DNA of 64,000 bases from Solirubrobacteraceae bacterium. GTDB taxonomy: Bacteria > Actinomycetota > Thermoleophilia > Solirubrobacterales > Solirubrobacteraceae. Position 1 is the first letter of the stretch. Each line of letters opens with the position of its first letter. The stretch spans positions 22,816 through 86,815 of the forward strand of contig JAXDHJ010000045.1 in assembly GCA_034664565.1 (NCBI GenBank), in the 5' to 3' direction. Under the pieces are notes generated by a model. That model had not been told where the DNA came from. It worked only from the letters and a program-made list of their open reading frames with translations, and did not search any database. Shown in pieces: positions 7,750-16,912 of this stretch. A program made the translations under genes and the position numbers.

Positions 7750-9411
7750 GTGATGACCCCCGAGCGCCGTCCGGCCATCCTCGCCGTCGACGACGAGCCG
7801 GCGGTGCTGGCCGCCGTGGCCCGGGACCTGCGGCGCGGGTTCGGCGAGCGCTACCGCATCCTCCGCGCCGGCTCGGGCGCCGACGGGCTCGAGCTGCTGG
7901 CCGAGGTCCGCCGCCGCGGCGACCAGGTCGCCCTGCTCATCGCCGACCAGCGGATGCCGGGCATGGCCGGAACCAGGTACCTGACCGCGGCCCGGGAGAT
8001 CGTCCCCGACGCCAAGCGGGTCCTGCTCACCGCCTACGCCGACACCGAGGCGGCGATCGCCGCCATCAACGAGGCCGCGCTCGACTACTACCTGCTGAAG
8101 CCCTGGGATCCCCCGGAGGAGGAGCTCTACCCGGTGCTGGAGGACCTCCTGACCACCTGGGAGTCGGGGGCCGCGCTCGACGCCGGCGGGGTGCGGATCA
8201 TCGGCCATCGCTTCTCCAAGGACTCCCATGACCTCCGCGACTTCCTCGCCCGCAACCGGGTGCCGGCCCGGTGGCTGGACATCGAGCGCGACACCGAGGC
8301 CCGGGAGCTGCTCGCCCTGATCGCCGTCGACCCCGACCGCCTGCCGGTGGCCGTGCTCGAGGACGGGTCGGTGCTCGAGCGCCCGACCGTGTTCGAGCTG
8401 GCCGAGCGCCTCGGGGTGAGCGGGCAGCCGGCCCAGGAGCACTACGACCTGGTGATCGTCGGCGGCGGCCCGGCCGGCCTGGCCGGGGCGGTGTACGGCG
8501 CCTCGGAGGGGCTGCGCACGGTGATGGTCGAGCGGGAGGCCCCGGGCGGCCAGGCCGGGCAGTCGAGCCGGATCGAGAACTACCTCGGCTTCCCCATGGG
8601 GCTCAGCGGCTCCGACCTGGCGCGGCGGGCCACCGACCAGGCCCGCCGCCTCGGCGCCGAGCTCCTGACCATCCAGGACGCGGTCGGTCTGCGGGCCGAG
8701 GGCTCGGGACGGATCCTCGAGCTCAGCGACGGTGGCACCCTGAGCGCCAGCTGCGTGCTCATCGCCTCTGGCGTCTCCTACCGCCAGCTCGAGACGCCGG
8801 GGTTTTCCGAGCTGACCGGGGCCGGGATCTACTACGGGGCGGCGCTGACCGAGGCGCGGTCCTGCGCCGACCAGCGGGTGGTCATCATCGGCGGGGCCAA
8901 CTCGGCCGGCCAGGCGGCGGTCTACTTCAGCGGCTACGCCCGGGAGGTGACCATGCTCGTGCGCGGCGAGTCGCTCGAGCGCTCGATGTCGCACTACCTG
9001 ATCGAGCAGCTGGCCCGGCTGCCCAACGTCGTCGTGCGCACCGCCAGCGTGGCCGTCGCCGCCGAGGGCGAGGACGGGCGGCTGCGCCGCCTGATCGTGC
9101 GCCAGGCCGCCGGCGGTGAGGACACCGCCCTCGAGACCGACGCCTGCTTTGTCTTCATCGGTGCCTCGCCCCGCACCGACTGGCTGGACGGGGTGGTGGC
9201 CCGCGACGAGCGGGGCTTCATCCTCGCCGGGGCCGACGCCCGCGGCGGCGGCTGGCCGCTGGCCCGCGAGCCGCGCCTCCTCGAGACCAGCGTCCCCGGG
9301 GTGTTCGTCGCCGGTGATGTCCGCGCCCGGTCGATCAAGCGGGTGGCCAGCGCCGTCGGCGAGGGCTCGATGGCCGTGTCGCTGATCCACGAGTACCTGG
9401 TCGACGGGTGA
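7750..9411 (+). CDS. fused response-regulator receiver / thioredoxin-fold linker / thioredoxin-reductase-like flavoprotein (no CxxC)
   Basis: REC signature (AVDDEP, LLIADQRMPGMAG, LLKPW). FAD and NAD(P)H dinucleotide motifs (VIVGGGPAGLAGA, VIIGGANSAGQAA) and C-terminal VFVAGDV. The redox-active CATC position reads GAALTE. Confidence 0.9.
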   Translation: MMTPERRPAILAVDDEPAVLAAVARDLRRGFGERYRILRAGSGADGLELLAEVRRRGDQVALLIADQRMPGMAGTRYLTAAREIVPDAKRVLLTAYADTEAAIAAINEAALDYYLLKPWDPPEEELYPVLEDLLTTWESGAALDAGGVRIIGHRFSKDSHDLRDFLARNRVPARWLDIERDTEARELLALIAVDPDRLPVAVLEDGSVLERPTVFELAERLGVSGQPAQEHYDLVIVGGGPAGLAGAVYGASEGLRTVMVEREAPGGQAGQSSRIENYLGFPMGLSGSDLARRATDQARRLGAELLTIQDAVGLRAEGSGRILELSDGGTLSASCVLIASGVSYRQLETPGFSELTGAGIYYGAALTEARSCADQRVVIIGGANSAGQAAVYFSGYAREVTMLVRGESLERSMSHYLIEQLARLPNVVVRTASVAVAAEGEDGRLRRLIVRQAAGGEDTALETDACFVFIGASPRTDWLDGVVARDERGFILAGADARGGGWPLAREPRLLETSVPGVFVAGDVRARSIKRVASAVGEGSMAVSLIHEYLVDG

Positions 9412-10811
9412 GCCTCCCGGCGATCACCCTGGCCGAGCTGCGCAGCGTCGACCTGTTCGACGACCTCGACGACCACGAGCTCGGGCGGTGGCTGGCGGTG
9501 GCCCACCCCCGCCGGGCGGCGGCGGGCGAGATCTTCGCCGAGCAGGGCGTCAGGCCCCAGGGGCTGCACCTGCTCTTCGCCGGCACGGTGCGCTCGTTCA
9601 TCCTCGAGGGCGACCGTCCCGAGCCCCTCGGGCGCCAGGCGGCGCCGACGTGGATGGGGGCGATCAGCGTGCTGACCGACGAGCCGATGGGCATCCGCCT
9701 CCAGGCCGACACCGACTGCCGCCTGGCCCTGATCGAGCCCGAGGACTTCCGGCGCCTGGCCCTGGCCCAGCCACCGGTCCACCGGCGGGTGATGGCGCAG
9801 ATCGGACCGGTGATCGGCCGGCTCACCGCCATCGAGCAGAACCGCGAGCGCCTGGCCGCCCTGGGGACGATGGCCGCCGGGCTGGCCCACGAGCTCAACA
9901 ACCCGGCCGCGGCCGCCCAGCGCACGGCGGTCCAGCTGGCCGAGGCGCTCGGCGTGGTGAACGCCGCCCTGCGGGCCTTTGTCGAGGCGGGTATCGAGCG
10001 GCCCGACGCCGAGCAGCTCCTCGCCCTCCACGCCGAGGCCCTGGCCGGCGGCGCCGGCCACACCGCGCTCGAGGCCCTCGACGCCGCCGACGCCGAGGAC
10101 GAGCTCCTCGAACGCCTCGAGGACCTCGGGGTGAGCGAGCCGTGGCGGATCGCCGAGCCCCTGGCCGGGGCCGGGGTGGACGCGGCGTGGCTCGAGCGGG
10201 TGGCCGCCCTCGCCGGGCCGGCCACCGGCGCCGCCCTGCGTTGGGTGGCGGCCAGCCTGAGCGCCGAGGGCCTGGTGGCCGAGCTGCGGGAGTCGACCCA
10301 GCGCATGTCGACGCTGGTCGGCGCGGTCAAGTCCTACGCCTACCTCGACCGGGGCGGCCTCGTCGAGGTCGACCTCCACGAGGGGATCGAGACGACGCTG
10401 GTCATCCTCGGCCACAAGCTCCGGCACACCGCCGTCGAGGTCACCCGGTCCTACGACCGGAGCCTCCCCAAGCTCACCGTCCGGGGATCGGAGCTCAACC
10501 AGGTGTGGACCAACCTCCTCGACAACGCCATCGACGCCCTGGGCGAGACCGGCACGATCAACGTGGCCACCCACCGCGACGGGACGTGCGCCGTGGTGGA
10601 GATCACCGACGACGGGCCCGGCATCCCGGTCGAGCTCCACGACCGGATCTTCGAAGCGTTCTTCACCACCAAGGACGTCGGCCGCGGCACCGGGCTCGGG
10701 CTGGCCACCGCCCGCCGGGTGGTGGTCGAGCGCCACGACGGGTCGCTGACCTTCGACTCGCGGCCCGGGCGCACCACCTTCCGGGTCTCCCTGCCCTTCA
10801 CCCAGACCTGA
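9408..10811 (+). CDS. cyclic-nucleotide-binding-domain histidine kinase
   Basis: N-terminal cNMP-binding-like beta-barrel region, H-box LAHELNNP, N-box NLLDNAIDA, G-boxes DDGPGIP and GTGLGL. GTGA overlap with the upstream stop. Confidence 0.88.
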   Translation: MSLPAITLAELRSVDLFDDLDDHELGRWLAVAHPRRAAAGEIFAEQGVRPQGLHLLFAGTVRSFILEGDRPEPLGRQAAPTWMGAISVLTDEPMGIRLQADTDCRLALIEPEDFRRLALAQPPVHRRVMAQIGPVIGRLTAIEQNRERLAALGTMAAGLAHELNNPAAAAQRTAVQLAEALGVVNAALRAFVEAGIERPDAEQLLALHAEALAGGAGHTALEALDAADAEDELLERLEDLGVSEPWRIAEPLAGAGVDAAWLERVAALAGPATGAALRWVAASLSAEGLVAELRESTQRMSTLVGAVKSYAYLDRGGLVEVDLHEGIETTLVILGHKLRHTAVEVTRSYDRSLPKLTVRGSELNQVWTNLLDNAIDALGETGTINVATHRDGTCAVVEITDDGPGIPVELHDRIFEAFFTTKDVGRGTGLGLATARRVVVERHDGSLTFDSRPGRTTFRVSLPFTQT

Positions 10812-10825
10812 CCCGGAGGCTCGCC

Positions 10826-11137
10826 ATGCCGACCTGCACCCACCTCGACCACGTCCTCGTCACCCGCCTGCCCGACGCCGTCGACGGTTGCGTCGACTGC
10901 CTGGCCGTCGGCGATCCGTGGCTGCACCTGCGGATCTGCCTCGAGTGCGGGCACGTCGGCTGCTGCGACGACTCGCCCAACCGGCACGCCACCGCCCACG
11001 CCCGCGCCCGCGAACACCCGATCATCCGCTCCATCCAACCCGGCGAGGACTGGTCGTGGTGCTTCGTGGACGAGCTGGCCATGGTCATCCCCGAGGTGGT
11101 CGGCGAGCCGCGGATCCCCCCCTCGCCCCTGGGCTGA
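10826..11137 (+). CDS. UBP-type zinc-finger protein
   Basis: 103-aa ORF (tail of track ORF 9488-11137) reading CTHL...CVDC...LRICLECGHVGCCDDSPNRHATAH...WCFVDE. GGAGG lies 6 nt upstream of ATG 10826. Confidence 0.8.
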   Translation: MPTCTHLDHVLVTRLPDAVDGCVDCLAVGDPWLHLRICLECGHVGCCDDSPNRHATAHARAREHPIIRSIQPGEDWSWCFVDELAMVIPEVVGEPRIPPSPLG

Positions 11138-11155
11138 GCGGCGCCGGGCGGTGGG

Positions 11156-12505
11156 TCAGACGGCGCCCAGGCGCCCGCTGGTCCGGTCTGGCCGGGGGCG
11201 GTCCGAGCGCCGGTTGCCCCGCTCGACGAAGTCGATGATCAGGGGGACGCCGTCGAGGCCGTAGCGCTCGCGCATCCGGTTCTCCAGGTAGTAGGCGTAG
11301 TCGCGGGTCACCCGGTTGCGCGAGTTGACCTGGATGGCGAAGCGGGGCGGGCGCTGGTCGATCTGGGCCATGTAGATCAGCTTCAGCCGGTGGCCCTGCT
11401 TGGCCGGCGGCTGGCGGCCCTCGACCACCTCGGCGAGGAAGCGGTTGAGCTCGGGGGTCGGAATGCGGGCCGCCATCCGGTCCCCGAGGGCGATCGCCTC
11501 CTCGAGGATGCGCCCGACGTGGCGGCCGGTGAGGGCGCTCGCGGTGAGCAGGCGCGGACGCAGGCGCAGCTTGCGGGCAACCCGGGCCCGCTCGTGCTTG
11601 AGGTCGAAGTCCTCGCCGGCGAGGTCCCACTTGTTGAGGACCACCGCCGTCGCGCACCCGGCCTTCATGGCCAGCTCGGCCACCCGGAGGTCCTGGGCGG
11701 TGATCCCGTCGGTGGCGTCGCACACCACCAGGGCCACGTCGGCTCGCTCGGCCGCCCGCTGGGAGCGCAGGTTGGTGTAGTACTCGACCGACTCGGAGAC
11801 CTTCGACTGCCGGCGCATCCCCGCCGTGTCGATGAGGACGAGATCGCGGTCGCCGACCCGCAGGGGCAGGTCGATGGCGTCGCGGGTGGTCCCGGCCAGC
11901 GCCGAGACGATCACCCGCTGCTCGCCGGCGAAGCGGTTGACCAGCGACGACTTACCGACGTTGGGGCGCCCTATCACCGCCAGGCGGACCACCGCCTCGT
12001 CGCGCTCGGGGTCGTCCTCGGGCAGCAGGTCGACCAGCCGGTCGAGGAGGTCTCCGGTGCCGAGCCCCTGGGCGGCCGACACCGGCTGCGGGTCGCCCAG
12101 ACCGAGGCGGTGGAACTCGGCGGCCAGCGGTAGGTCGGCCACCGTGTCGCATTTGTTGGCGGTGACGATCACCGGCTTGCCCGCGCGGCGCAGGAGGTCG
12201 GCCAGCTCCTCGTCCCCCGGGCGGACCCCGGCCCGGGCGTCGACCACCAGCAGGGCCACCGCCGAGTCGGCCAGCCCCGAGGCGGCCTGCTCGCGAATCG
12301 ACCCGGCCAGGGGATCCTCGTCGCTGAGGTCGATGCCGCCGGTGTCGATCAGGGTGAACGTCCGCCCGTTCCACTCACAGTCGAGCTCGTTGCGATCGCG
12401 GGTCACCCCCGGGCGCTCGTGGACCACGGCTTGGCGCGACCCGGTCAGCCGGTTGACCAGCGATGACTTGCCGACGTTCGGATAGCCGAGGACGGCGACC
12501 TTCAT
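11156..12505 (-). CDS. der: ribosome-associated GTPase Der (EngA)
   Basis: Two tandem GTPase domains ([20 protein letters not shown]; DTGG/DTAG; NKCD/NKWD) plus a KH-like C-terminus. Confidence 0.96.
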   Translation of the reverse strand: MKVAVLGYPNVGKSSLVNRLTGSRQAVVHERPGVTRDRNELDCEWNGRTFTLIDTGGIDLSDEDPLAGSIREQAASGLADSAVALLVVDARAGVRPGDEELADLLRRAGKPVIVTANKCDTVADLPLAAEFHRLGLGDPQPVSAAQGLGTGDLLDRLVDLLPEDDPERDEAVVRLAVIGRPNVGKSSLVNRFAGEQRVIVSALAGTTRDAIDLPLRVGDRDLVLIDTAGMRRQSKVSESVEYYTNLRSQRAAERADVALVVCDATDGITAQDLRVAELAMKAGCATAVVLNKWDLAGEDFDLKHERARVARKLRLRPRLLTASALTGRHVGRILEEAIALGDRMAARIPTPELNRFLAEVVEGRQPPAKQGHRLKLIYMAQIDQRPPRFAIQVNSRNRVTRDYAYYLENRMRERYGLDGVPLIIDFVERGNRRSDRPRPDRTSGRLGAV

Positions 12506-12517
12506 GAGCTCATGCCG

Positions 12518-13147
12518 TCACCGGTCATCGGACCAGTATGAGCGGACGCGCTCGATCACGCGCGCCACCACCGCCTCGAGGCCGAGCTCGCTGCTGTCGA
12601 GGACGACGGCGTCGGCGGCCGGGGCGAGCGGGCTGTGCGCGCGTGATGCGTCGCGATCGTCGCGCTCCCGCTGCTCGGCGAGCACCGAGGCCGCCGTCGC
12701 CTCGACGCCGCGCTCCCCCGCCCGCCGGCGGGCGCGGACCTCGGGGCTGGCGGTGAGGAAGATCTTGATCTCCGCCTCGGGGGCGACCACGGTGCCGATG
12801 TCCCGGCCCTCGGCCACCCAGTCGCCACGGCCGAGGAGCGCGCGTTGGAGCTCGACCATCGCCTCCCGGACCAGCGGGTCGGCGGCCACCTCGGAGGCCG
12901 CGGCTGAGACCTCGGGCGTGCGCAGGGCCGCCGTCACGTCCTCCCCGTCCACCATCACCCGGTCGCCGAGCTCGATCCGCAGGCCGCGCGCCACGGCGAC
13001 CGGCGAGCGCGCCCCGCGCCCGGCGAGCAGGGCCACCGCCCGGTACATGGCCCCGCTGTCGAGGTAGGTGAAGCCGAGCTCGGCGGCCACCGCCCGGGCC
13101 ACACTCGACTTTCCCGCCCCCGAGGGGCCGTCGATGGCCACCAGCAT
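12518..13147 (-). CDS. cmk: cytidylate kinase
   Basis: MLVAIDGPSGAGKSS P-loop, YLDSGAMYR and GRDIGTVV. The ATG overlaps the aroA stop (TGATG). Confidence 0.92.
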   Translation of the reverse strand: MLVAIDGPSGAGKSSVARAVAAELGFTYLDSGAMYRAVALLAGRGARSPVAVARGLRIELGDRVMVDGEDVTAALRTPEVSAAASEVAADPLVREAMVELQRALLGRGDWVAEGRDIGTVVAPEAEIKIFLTASPEVRARRRAGERGVEATAASVLAEQRERDDRDASRAHSPLAPAADAVVLDSSELGLEAVVARVIERVRSYWSDDR

Positions 13148-14457
13148 CAGCGGTGCAGGAGCTCGAGATCGGCGGCGAAACCGGGATAGGAGACGGCGGC
13201 GGCGTCCATACCGACCACCTCGACGCCCTCCCGGGAGGCCAGGCCGGCGACGGCGCCCATCATGGCCAGGCGGTGATCGCCGCGGGCCTCGAGGGTCCCG
13301 CCGCGCAGGCCCCCGGTGCCGGTGACCGCGAAGCCGTCCGCGGTGGCCTCGAGCTCGCCCCCCAGGGCCCGCAGGCCGTCGACCACGGTGGCGATGCGGT
13401 CCGATTCCTTGACCCGGAGCTCGCCGGCGCCCCGTACCACGGTCTCGCCCTCGGCGAAGCAGGCGAGCAGGGCTACCAAAGGCAGCTCGTCGATGGCCAG
13501 CGGGACCTCCTCGGCCGAGACCTCGGCGGCCCCGAGCCGGCCGTGGGCCACCTCGAGATCCCCGATCGGCTCCCCCGGGGACGGGGCGGTGCCCGCCGGC
13601 TCGAGCTCGCCGAGGAGGCTCCCGCCCATCCGCCGCACGATGCGGGCGAACCCGCTCCGCGTCCAGTTGAGGCCCACGTCGCGCACCCGCAGCCGCGAGC
13701 CGGGGACGAGCAGGGCGGCGGCGATGAAGAAGGCGGCCGACGACGGGTCGCCGGGGACGCGCACGTCGACCGGCTGGAGCTCCTGCCCGCCGGGCACGGT
13801 GATCGCCGCCCCGTCGCGCCCGAGCGAGATCCCGGCGGCCAGGAGCATCCGCTCGGTGTGGTCGCGGCTCGGCGCCGGCTCGAGCACGGTGGTGGCGCCG
13901 TCGGCGCCGAGCGCCGCCAGCAGCACGCACGACTTGACCTGGGCGCTGGCCACCGGCAGCTCGTAGACGATGCCGTGGAGCCGGGTGCCGGTGACGGTGA
14001 GGGGGGCGAAGCGGGAGTCGGTGGCCGCCAGCCTGGCCCCCATGGCCGCCAGCGGGACGGCGATGCGGTCGACCGGGCGCCGGCGAATGGAGGCGTCGCC
14101 GTCGAGCGTCCACGCCCGGCCCGGTTGACCGGCCAGCCACCCGGGGAGCAGGCGCATCAGGGTGCCGGCGTTACCTACGTCGATCGCCGTGTCGAGCTCC
14201 CGCGCCCCGCGCAGGCCGACGCCTCGAACCACCATGGCCGGCCTCCCCGGCCCGCCGTCGGATTCGACCACCGCCCCGAGACGGCGCACGGCGTCGAGGG
14301 TGGCGTCGGTGTCGGCGGCGTGGAGGTAGTTCTCGATCCGCACCGGCCCGGTGCCCATGGCCGCCAGGAGAGCCGCCCGGTGGGAGATCGACTTGTCGGC
14401 CGGGGCGGTGACCTCGCCGCGGAGGCTGCCCGACGGGGCGAAGCGTCGCCGGGTCAC
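13147..14457 (-). CDS. aroA: 3-phosphoshikimate 1-carboxyvinyltransferase (EPSP synthase)
   Basis: PADKSISHRAALLAA, NAGTLMRLL, KESDRI and HRLAMM motifs. The GTG start overlaps the tyrA stop (GTGA). Confidence 0.93.
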   Translation of the reverse strand: MTRRRFAPSGSLRGEVTAPADKSISHRAALLAAMGTGPVRIENYLHAADTDATLDAVRRLGAVVESDGGPGRPAMVVRGVGLRGARELDTAIDVGNAGTLMRLLPGWLAGQPGRAWTLDGDASIRRRPVDRIAVPLAAMGARLAATDSRFAPLTVTGTRLHGIVYELPVASAQVKSCVLLAALGADGATTVLEPAPSRDHTERMLLAAGISLGRDGAAITVPGGQELQPVDVRVPGDPSSAAFFIAAALLVPGSRLRVRDVGLNWTRSGFARIVRRMGGSLLGELEPAGTAPSPGEPIGDLEVAHGRLGAAEVSAEEVPLAIDELPLVALLACFAEGETVVRGAGELRVKESDRIATVVDGLRALGGELEATADGFAVTGTGGLRGGTLEARGDHRLAMMGAVAGLASREGVEVVGMDAAAVSYPGFAADLELLHR

Positions 14458-15542
14458 GCGCGGGCCACCGGGATGTGGAGCTCGGCGATGAGTCCCACCG
14501 CCCGGCCGGCCTGCTCCTCGCCCCGGACCCACAGGGCCACCAGCCCGGGTCCGTCGTCGTGGGAGGGCGAGAGGGCCATGTCCACGATGTTGACCCCACC
14601 GCGGCCGAGGGCCAGGGCGATCTCGGCGATCATCCCCGGGCGGTTGGGCGCCGCCACCCGCAGCTCGTGGACCGCGCCCCCGGCCAGGCCGGCGCCGAGG
14701 AGGGCGTCGCGGTCGGTGCGGGCGGCGTCGTTCCACGCCTCGATGGCTTGGCGGTCGGCCCCGGCCAGGGCGGTGCGGACCTCTTCCAGGCGGGCGATGG
14801 TGGTGTCGAGGGCGCCGATCAGGGCGTCGCGGTTGGAGAGGTAGATGTCGGTCCAGACGGCGTTGTTGGCCCCGGCCACCCGGGTCGCGTCGCGGAAGCT
14901 CGGGCCGGTCGCCGGCATCAGCTCGCTCTCCCCGCCCGCCGATCCCGGGTGGGCGAGGACGCGGGCGGCCTGGGCGACGAGGACGTTGGCCAGCACGTGG
15001 GGCAGGTGGGAGACGCTGGCCATGACCCGGTCGTGGACCTCGGCCTCGATCGCCGCCGGCTGGGCCCCGAAGCCGGCGAGCGCTCGGTGCAGGCGCTCGT
15101 AGAGGCTGCCCGAGGTCCCGGCGTGGGGGGTCAGGTACCAGGTGGCACCGTCGAACAGGTCGACCCGGGCGTGCTCGACCCCGGCGGTCTCGGCTCCGGC
15201 CAGGGGGTGGCCGCCGACGAAGCGCGGGTCGCGGCATCCGGCCACCACCCGGCGCTTGGTGGAGCCGACGTCGGTCACCGCGCACTCGGCGGGCGCCGCC
15301 TCGAGGACGGCCTCGATCGCCGCGGGCAGGACCCCGACCGGCGCGGCCACGAAGACGAGATCGGCGGCGGCCACCGCCTCGGTCGGGTCGGCGCACGCCC
15401 GATCGATGGCCCCCCGGCGCAGGGCCGCGGCCAGCACGCCGGGATCGGGGTCATACCCCGCGACGCGGGCACCGAGCCGCTCCCGCGCGGCCAGGCCGAT
15501 CGAGCCGCCGATCAGCCCGACGCCGATGACCGCGACGTCCAC
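14454..15542 (-). CDS. tyrA: prephenate dehydrogenase with C-terminal ACT domain
   Basis: Rossmann VIGVGLIGGSIG, catalytic region HPLAG, and a C-terminal ACT-like RPGMIAEIALALG...NIVDM. Confidence 0.9.
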   Translation of the reverse strand: MDVAVIGVGLIGGSIGLAARERLGARVAGYDPDPGVLAAALRRGAIDRACADPTEAVAAADLVFVAAPVGVLPAAIEAVLEAAPAECAVTDVGSTKRRVVAGCRDPRFVGGHPLAGAETAGVEHARVDLFDGATWYLTPHAGTSGSLYERLHRALAGFGAQPAAIEAEVHDRVMASVSHLPHVLANVLVAQAARVLAHPGSAGGESELMPATGPSFRDATRVAGANNAVWTDIYLSNRDALIGALDTTIARLEEVRTALAGADRQAIEAWNDAARTDRDALLGAGLAGGAVHELRVAAPNRPGMIAEIALALGRGGVNIVDMALSPSHDDGPGLVALWVRGEEQAGRAVGLIAELHIPVARA

Positions 15543-15545
15543 CGG

Positions 15546-16574
15546 CTAGACGGCGTGGGTGAACGCCTTGCCCGCCAGCGAAGCCGCCCGCTCGACCTGG
15601 GCCGCGTAGTCGGCGAAGTCCTCGTCGCGCAGGGCCTGGGGGCCGTCGCAGATCGCCGCCGCCGGGTTGGGGTGCACCTCGACGATGATGCCGTCGGCCC
15701 CGGCGGCCGCCGCCGCCAGGGAGAGGGGCAGGACGAGGTCCCGCCGGCCGGCGGCGTGGCTGGGGTCGACGACGACCGGCAGGTGGGAGAGCTCCTTGAG
15801 CACGGGGATGGCCATCAGGTCGAGGGTGAAGCGGTAGGCGGTCTCGAAGGTGCGGATCCCCCGCTCGCAGAGGATCACCCGCTCGTTGCCCTCCTTGAGG
15901 ATGTACTCCGCCGCCATCAGGAGCTCCTCGAGCGTCGAGGAGAGCCCGCGCTTGAGCAGGGTCGGGCGGCCGCTGCGTCCGACCTCGGAGAGCAGGGTGT
16001 AGTTCTGCATGTTGCGGGCGCCGACCTGGATCACGTCGGCCACTTCGAGCACGGCGTCGAGGTCGCGGATGTCCATGAGCTCGGTGACCACGGGCAGGCC
16101 GGTCTCGGCCTTGGCCTCGGCGAGCAGGCGCAGCCCGGCCTGGCCGAGGCCCTGGAAGGCGTAGGGCGAGGTACGGGGCTTGTAGGCGCCGCCCCGGAGC
16201 ATGGCCGCCCCGGCGTCCTTGACCACGTGGGCGGTGCTGAGCAGGAGATCCCGGGACTCGACGGTGCACGGCCCGGCGATGAGGGCGAAGTGCTCGCCGC
16301 CGATCCTGCGCCCGCTGATCTCGAACACCGAGGCTTCGCCGCGGCGAAGCTGGGCGGAGGCGAGCTTGTAGGGCTTGAGGATCGGCACCACCTGGTCGAC
16401 GCCGGGGGCGCCCTCGAGCTCGAGGCGGGTGACGTGCTCGCGGTCGCCGACGGCGCCGATCAGGGTGACCTCGTCCCCCTGGGAGACGTGCGCCCGGGCG
16501 CCGACCGCCTCGACCCGGGCGATGACGGCGCCGATCTCATCCTCGGTGGCAGTCGGTTTCATGACGATCATCAT
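15546..16574 (-). CDS. 3-deoxy-7-phosphoheptulonate (DAHP) synthase, class I-beta with N-terminal ferredoxin-like domain
   Basis: N-terminal approximately 70-aa regulatory-type domain. Core motifs [24 protein letters not shown] and [18 protein letters not shown] precedes the start. Confidence 0.92.
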   Translation of the reverse strand: MMIVMKPTATEDEIGAVIARVEAVGARAHVSQGDEVTLIGAVGDREHVTRLELEGAPGVDQVVPILKPYKLASAQLRRGEASVFEISGRRIGGEHFALIAGPCTVESRDLLLSTAHVVKDAGAAMLRGGAYKPRTSPYAFQGLGQAGLRLLAEAKAETGLPVVTELMDIRDLDAVLEVADVIQVGARNMQNYTLLSEVGRSGRPTLLKRGLSSTLEELLMAAEYILKEGNERVILCERGIRTFETAYRFTLDLMAIPVLKELSHLPVVVDPSHAAGRRDLVLPLSLAAAAAGADGIIVEVHPNPAAAICDGPQALRDEDFADYAAQVERAASLAGKAFTHAV

Positions 16575-16912
16575 CAGTCGATTCCTTTCCAGTGCTCGGC
16601 CGGAAGCTTATTTGTCGGTGCGCTGGCGACGGGCGGAAGCCGTCAGCCCCTGCGGTGGCGCCGCCGCCCTGGCAGGCGGAAGGCGGGGGCGGCGCTCGGC
16701 CGAGACGGAGCCCGGGTGGGGCCCTGCGCACCGCCGCGGCGGGCGCGCGTCCGAGCGCCTAGCTAAATCGCCAGGACCAGGCGGTGGAGCGATAGGCGCG
16801 GCCCGGGGTGGCGCCCCGGGGGGCGTCGAGGAGGTCGGCTGGGCGTGACGGGCTGCGCATCGCGGTCAGCAATGTGTAGCAGATGGCCGGCGCGACCGGC
16901 GGCGTTTGCCCC

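Noticed and set aside
7417-9390. N-terminal two thirds of the 1016-aa minus ORF 6340-9390.
   Set aside because: This part is antisense to the well-supported REC/TrxR-like gene (7750-9411) and has no recognisable motifs. Only the FkbM-like C-terminal portion (6340 to about 7416) is accepted.
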